Assembly: GCA_049976305.1 (NCBI GenBank)
Contig: JBMFIM010000008.1
Span: forward strand, 1-37,422
Source: Candidatus Micrarchaeia archaeon
GTDB taxonomy: Archaea; Micrarchaeota; Micrarchaeia; Micrarchaeales; CABMGC01
Reading direction: 5' to 3'
Length of the DNA: 37,422 nt
In this document: in pieces, positions 36,524 to 37,422 of the stretch
How the letters are laid out: every line of letters begins with the position of its first letter
How positions within the stretch are numbered: position 1 is the stretch's first letter
Translations under genes and position numbers: made by a program
The notes under the pieces: generated by a model
The model's database searches: none
What the model was told of the DNA's origin: nothing
Seen by the model: only the letters and a program-made list of their open reading frames with translations

Positions 36524-37422
36524 ATGCAATCGCCAAAAATAGGAAGGCTGTTCGGAGTAGATATAGAACTCCATTGGCTTTCCGTACTTTTCCTTTTGCT
36601 TTTTTTACTTGTAAGCCCTTACCTTTTCCTTCTTATGCTTCTTCTGCTTGTCGCAGTGCTTCTTCACGAATTGGCACACTCAATCACTTCGTTGCACCAC
36701 AAGATAAAAGTAAGCAAAATAATTCTTATCCTGCCCATAGGCGGACTTTCCGTTCTAGACGACACCAACCTCAAGCCAGATGTCGAGTTCAAAATAGCAG
36801 TGGCAGGGCCTTTAATGAGCATTTTCTTAGGCCTGCTGTTTGGCTTTTTTGTAGTATTCACGCCTCCAGGAATCCTTACCCAAATATTCCAGTTTATGTT
36901 TGAGATAAACATACTGCTCGGAGTTCTCAACCTCTTGCCTGCATTTCCTACAGACGGTGGCAGAGTGTTTAGAAGCTACCTTGAGAAAAAGTACACAAGA
37001 TACAAGGCAACAATGCTCACTGTTAAACTTAGCAAGGCAATAATGTATGCGTTGATATTGGGCACTCTTGCCTATGTGCTTTCAATAAAAGCGACATTCT
37101 ACTATAAAGAGACGTTGTTTATAATCGCGCTCTTTACCGTATTCATCCTATATGGCGGCGCTGAATCGGAGGAGCAGAATGCAGAGCTAAGAGAAAAAAC
37201 GAAGCATCTTACAGTCAAAAGCGTTATAAACAAAAACTTCTTCTTCATAAATTCAGACAGCAGCCTTTCTGTTTTATATAATAAGATAAAACGGGAAAAG
37301 AAGCACATAGCAGTGACTAAAATAGGAAATACCTACGCTTACATAAATCTGTTTGATAAGAAGAAACTTGCAAATGCTAAAAAAGTCCAGGATATTGCTG
37401 TTGAAATGCTAGAGCTAAAAGA
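36524..37422 (+). CDS. Site-2 protease (M50) with probable CBS domain, runs off window end
   Basis: Manual translation from ATG 36524: MQSPKIGRLFGVDIELHW...LLHELAHS...LPIGGLS...IAVAGPLMS...NLLPAFPTDGGRVFRS; frame open to the end. Not in the ORF track. Confidence 0.93.
   Translation, partial: MQSPKIGRLFGVDIELHWLSVLFLLLFLLVSPYLFLLMLLLLVAVLLHELAHSITSLHHKIKVSKIILILPIGGLSVLDDTNLKPDVEFKIAVAGPLMSIFLGLLFGFFVVFTPPGILTQIFQFMFEINILLGVLNLLPAFPTDGGRVFRSYLEKKYTRYKATMLTVKLSKAIMYALILGTLAYVLSIKATFYYKETLFIIALFTVFILYGGAESEEQNAELREKTKHLTVKSVINKNFFFINSDSSLSVLYNKIKREKKHIAVTKIGNTYAYINLFDKKKLANAKKVQDIAVEMLELK

Noticed and set aside
36463..36903. 146-aa plus-strand ORF in the track
   Set aside because: Wrong frame; the real gene is the M50 protease from 36524 with HELAH and NLLPAFPTDGG.
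1..37422. CRISPR arrays, IS elements, integrases, tRNA att duplications, tRNA introns, and the many short antisense ORFs in the track
   Set aside because: No spaced repeats, transposase or integrase motifs or duplicated tRNA ends were found by eye; all four tRNAs fold without introns; the short ORFs lie opposite or inside well-supported genes.

Overview
Gene-dense archaeal chromosomal segment (aRF1, Rpo6/RpoK, Hef helicase, archaeal tRNAs, TATA-type promoters). The divergent proteins and gene set suggest a small-genome DPANN archaeon, probably Micrarchaeota-like; that is inference. Contents in order: DNA ligase 5' end, a frameshifted surface glycoprotein, PP2C phosphatase, tRNA-Leu, SerRS, aRF1, a PH-domain protein, tRNA-Gly, UbiA/MenA prenyltransferase, a minus-strand RHH-hyp-cysD-cysN-polyprenyl synthase run, gatC-gatA-gatB-tRNA-Asn-aspS, an EncFtn-type ferritin, DUF72, an ABC-2 exporter, GT4/GT2 glycosyltransferases, an HTH-sufB-sufD-sufC operon ending in an internally deleted sufS remnant, APC permease, M20 hydrolase, tRNA-Phe, Hef, a frameshifted NhaP-type antiporter, a GT-C glycosyltransferase, OTCase, RpoK, geranylgeranyl reductase, a metallophosphoesterase and a site-2 protease running off the end. 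No CRISPR array, transposase or integrase was seen. Most notable: (1) the gatB stop codon lies inside the tRNA-Asn gene within a complete transamidosome cluster, whose AspRS lacks the classical non-discriminating residues; (2) CysD and the RHH regulator of the same cluster share a C-terminal LxALGY tail, and CysD keeps APS-reductase-like CC...CxxC ligands; (3) sufS is reduced to its two ends; (4) a Cys-rich HTH regulator with a palindromic operator heads the suf operon; (5) an A_AAA_AAG -1 frameshift sits in a surface protein gene. All family calls are from motif recognition by eye; no searches were run.
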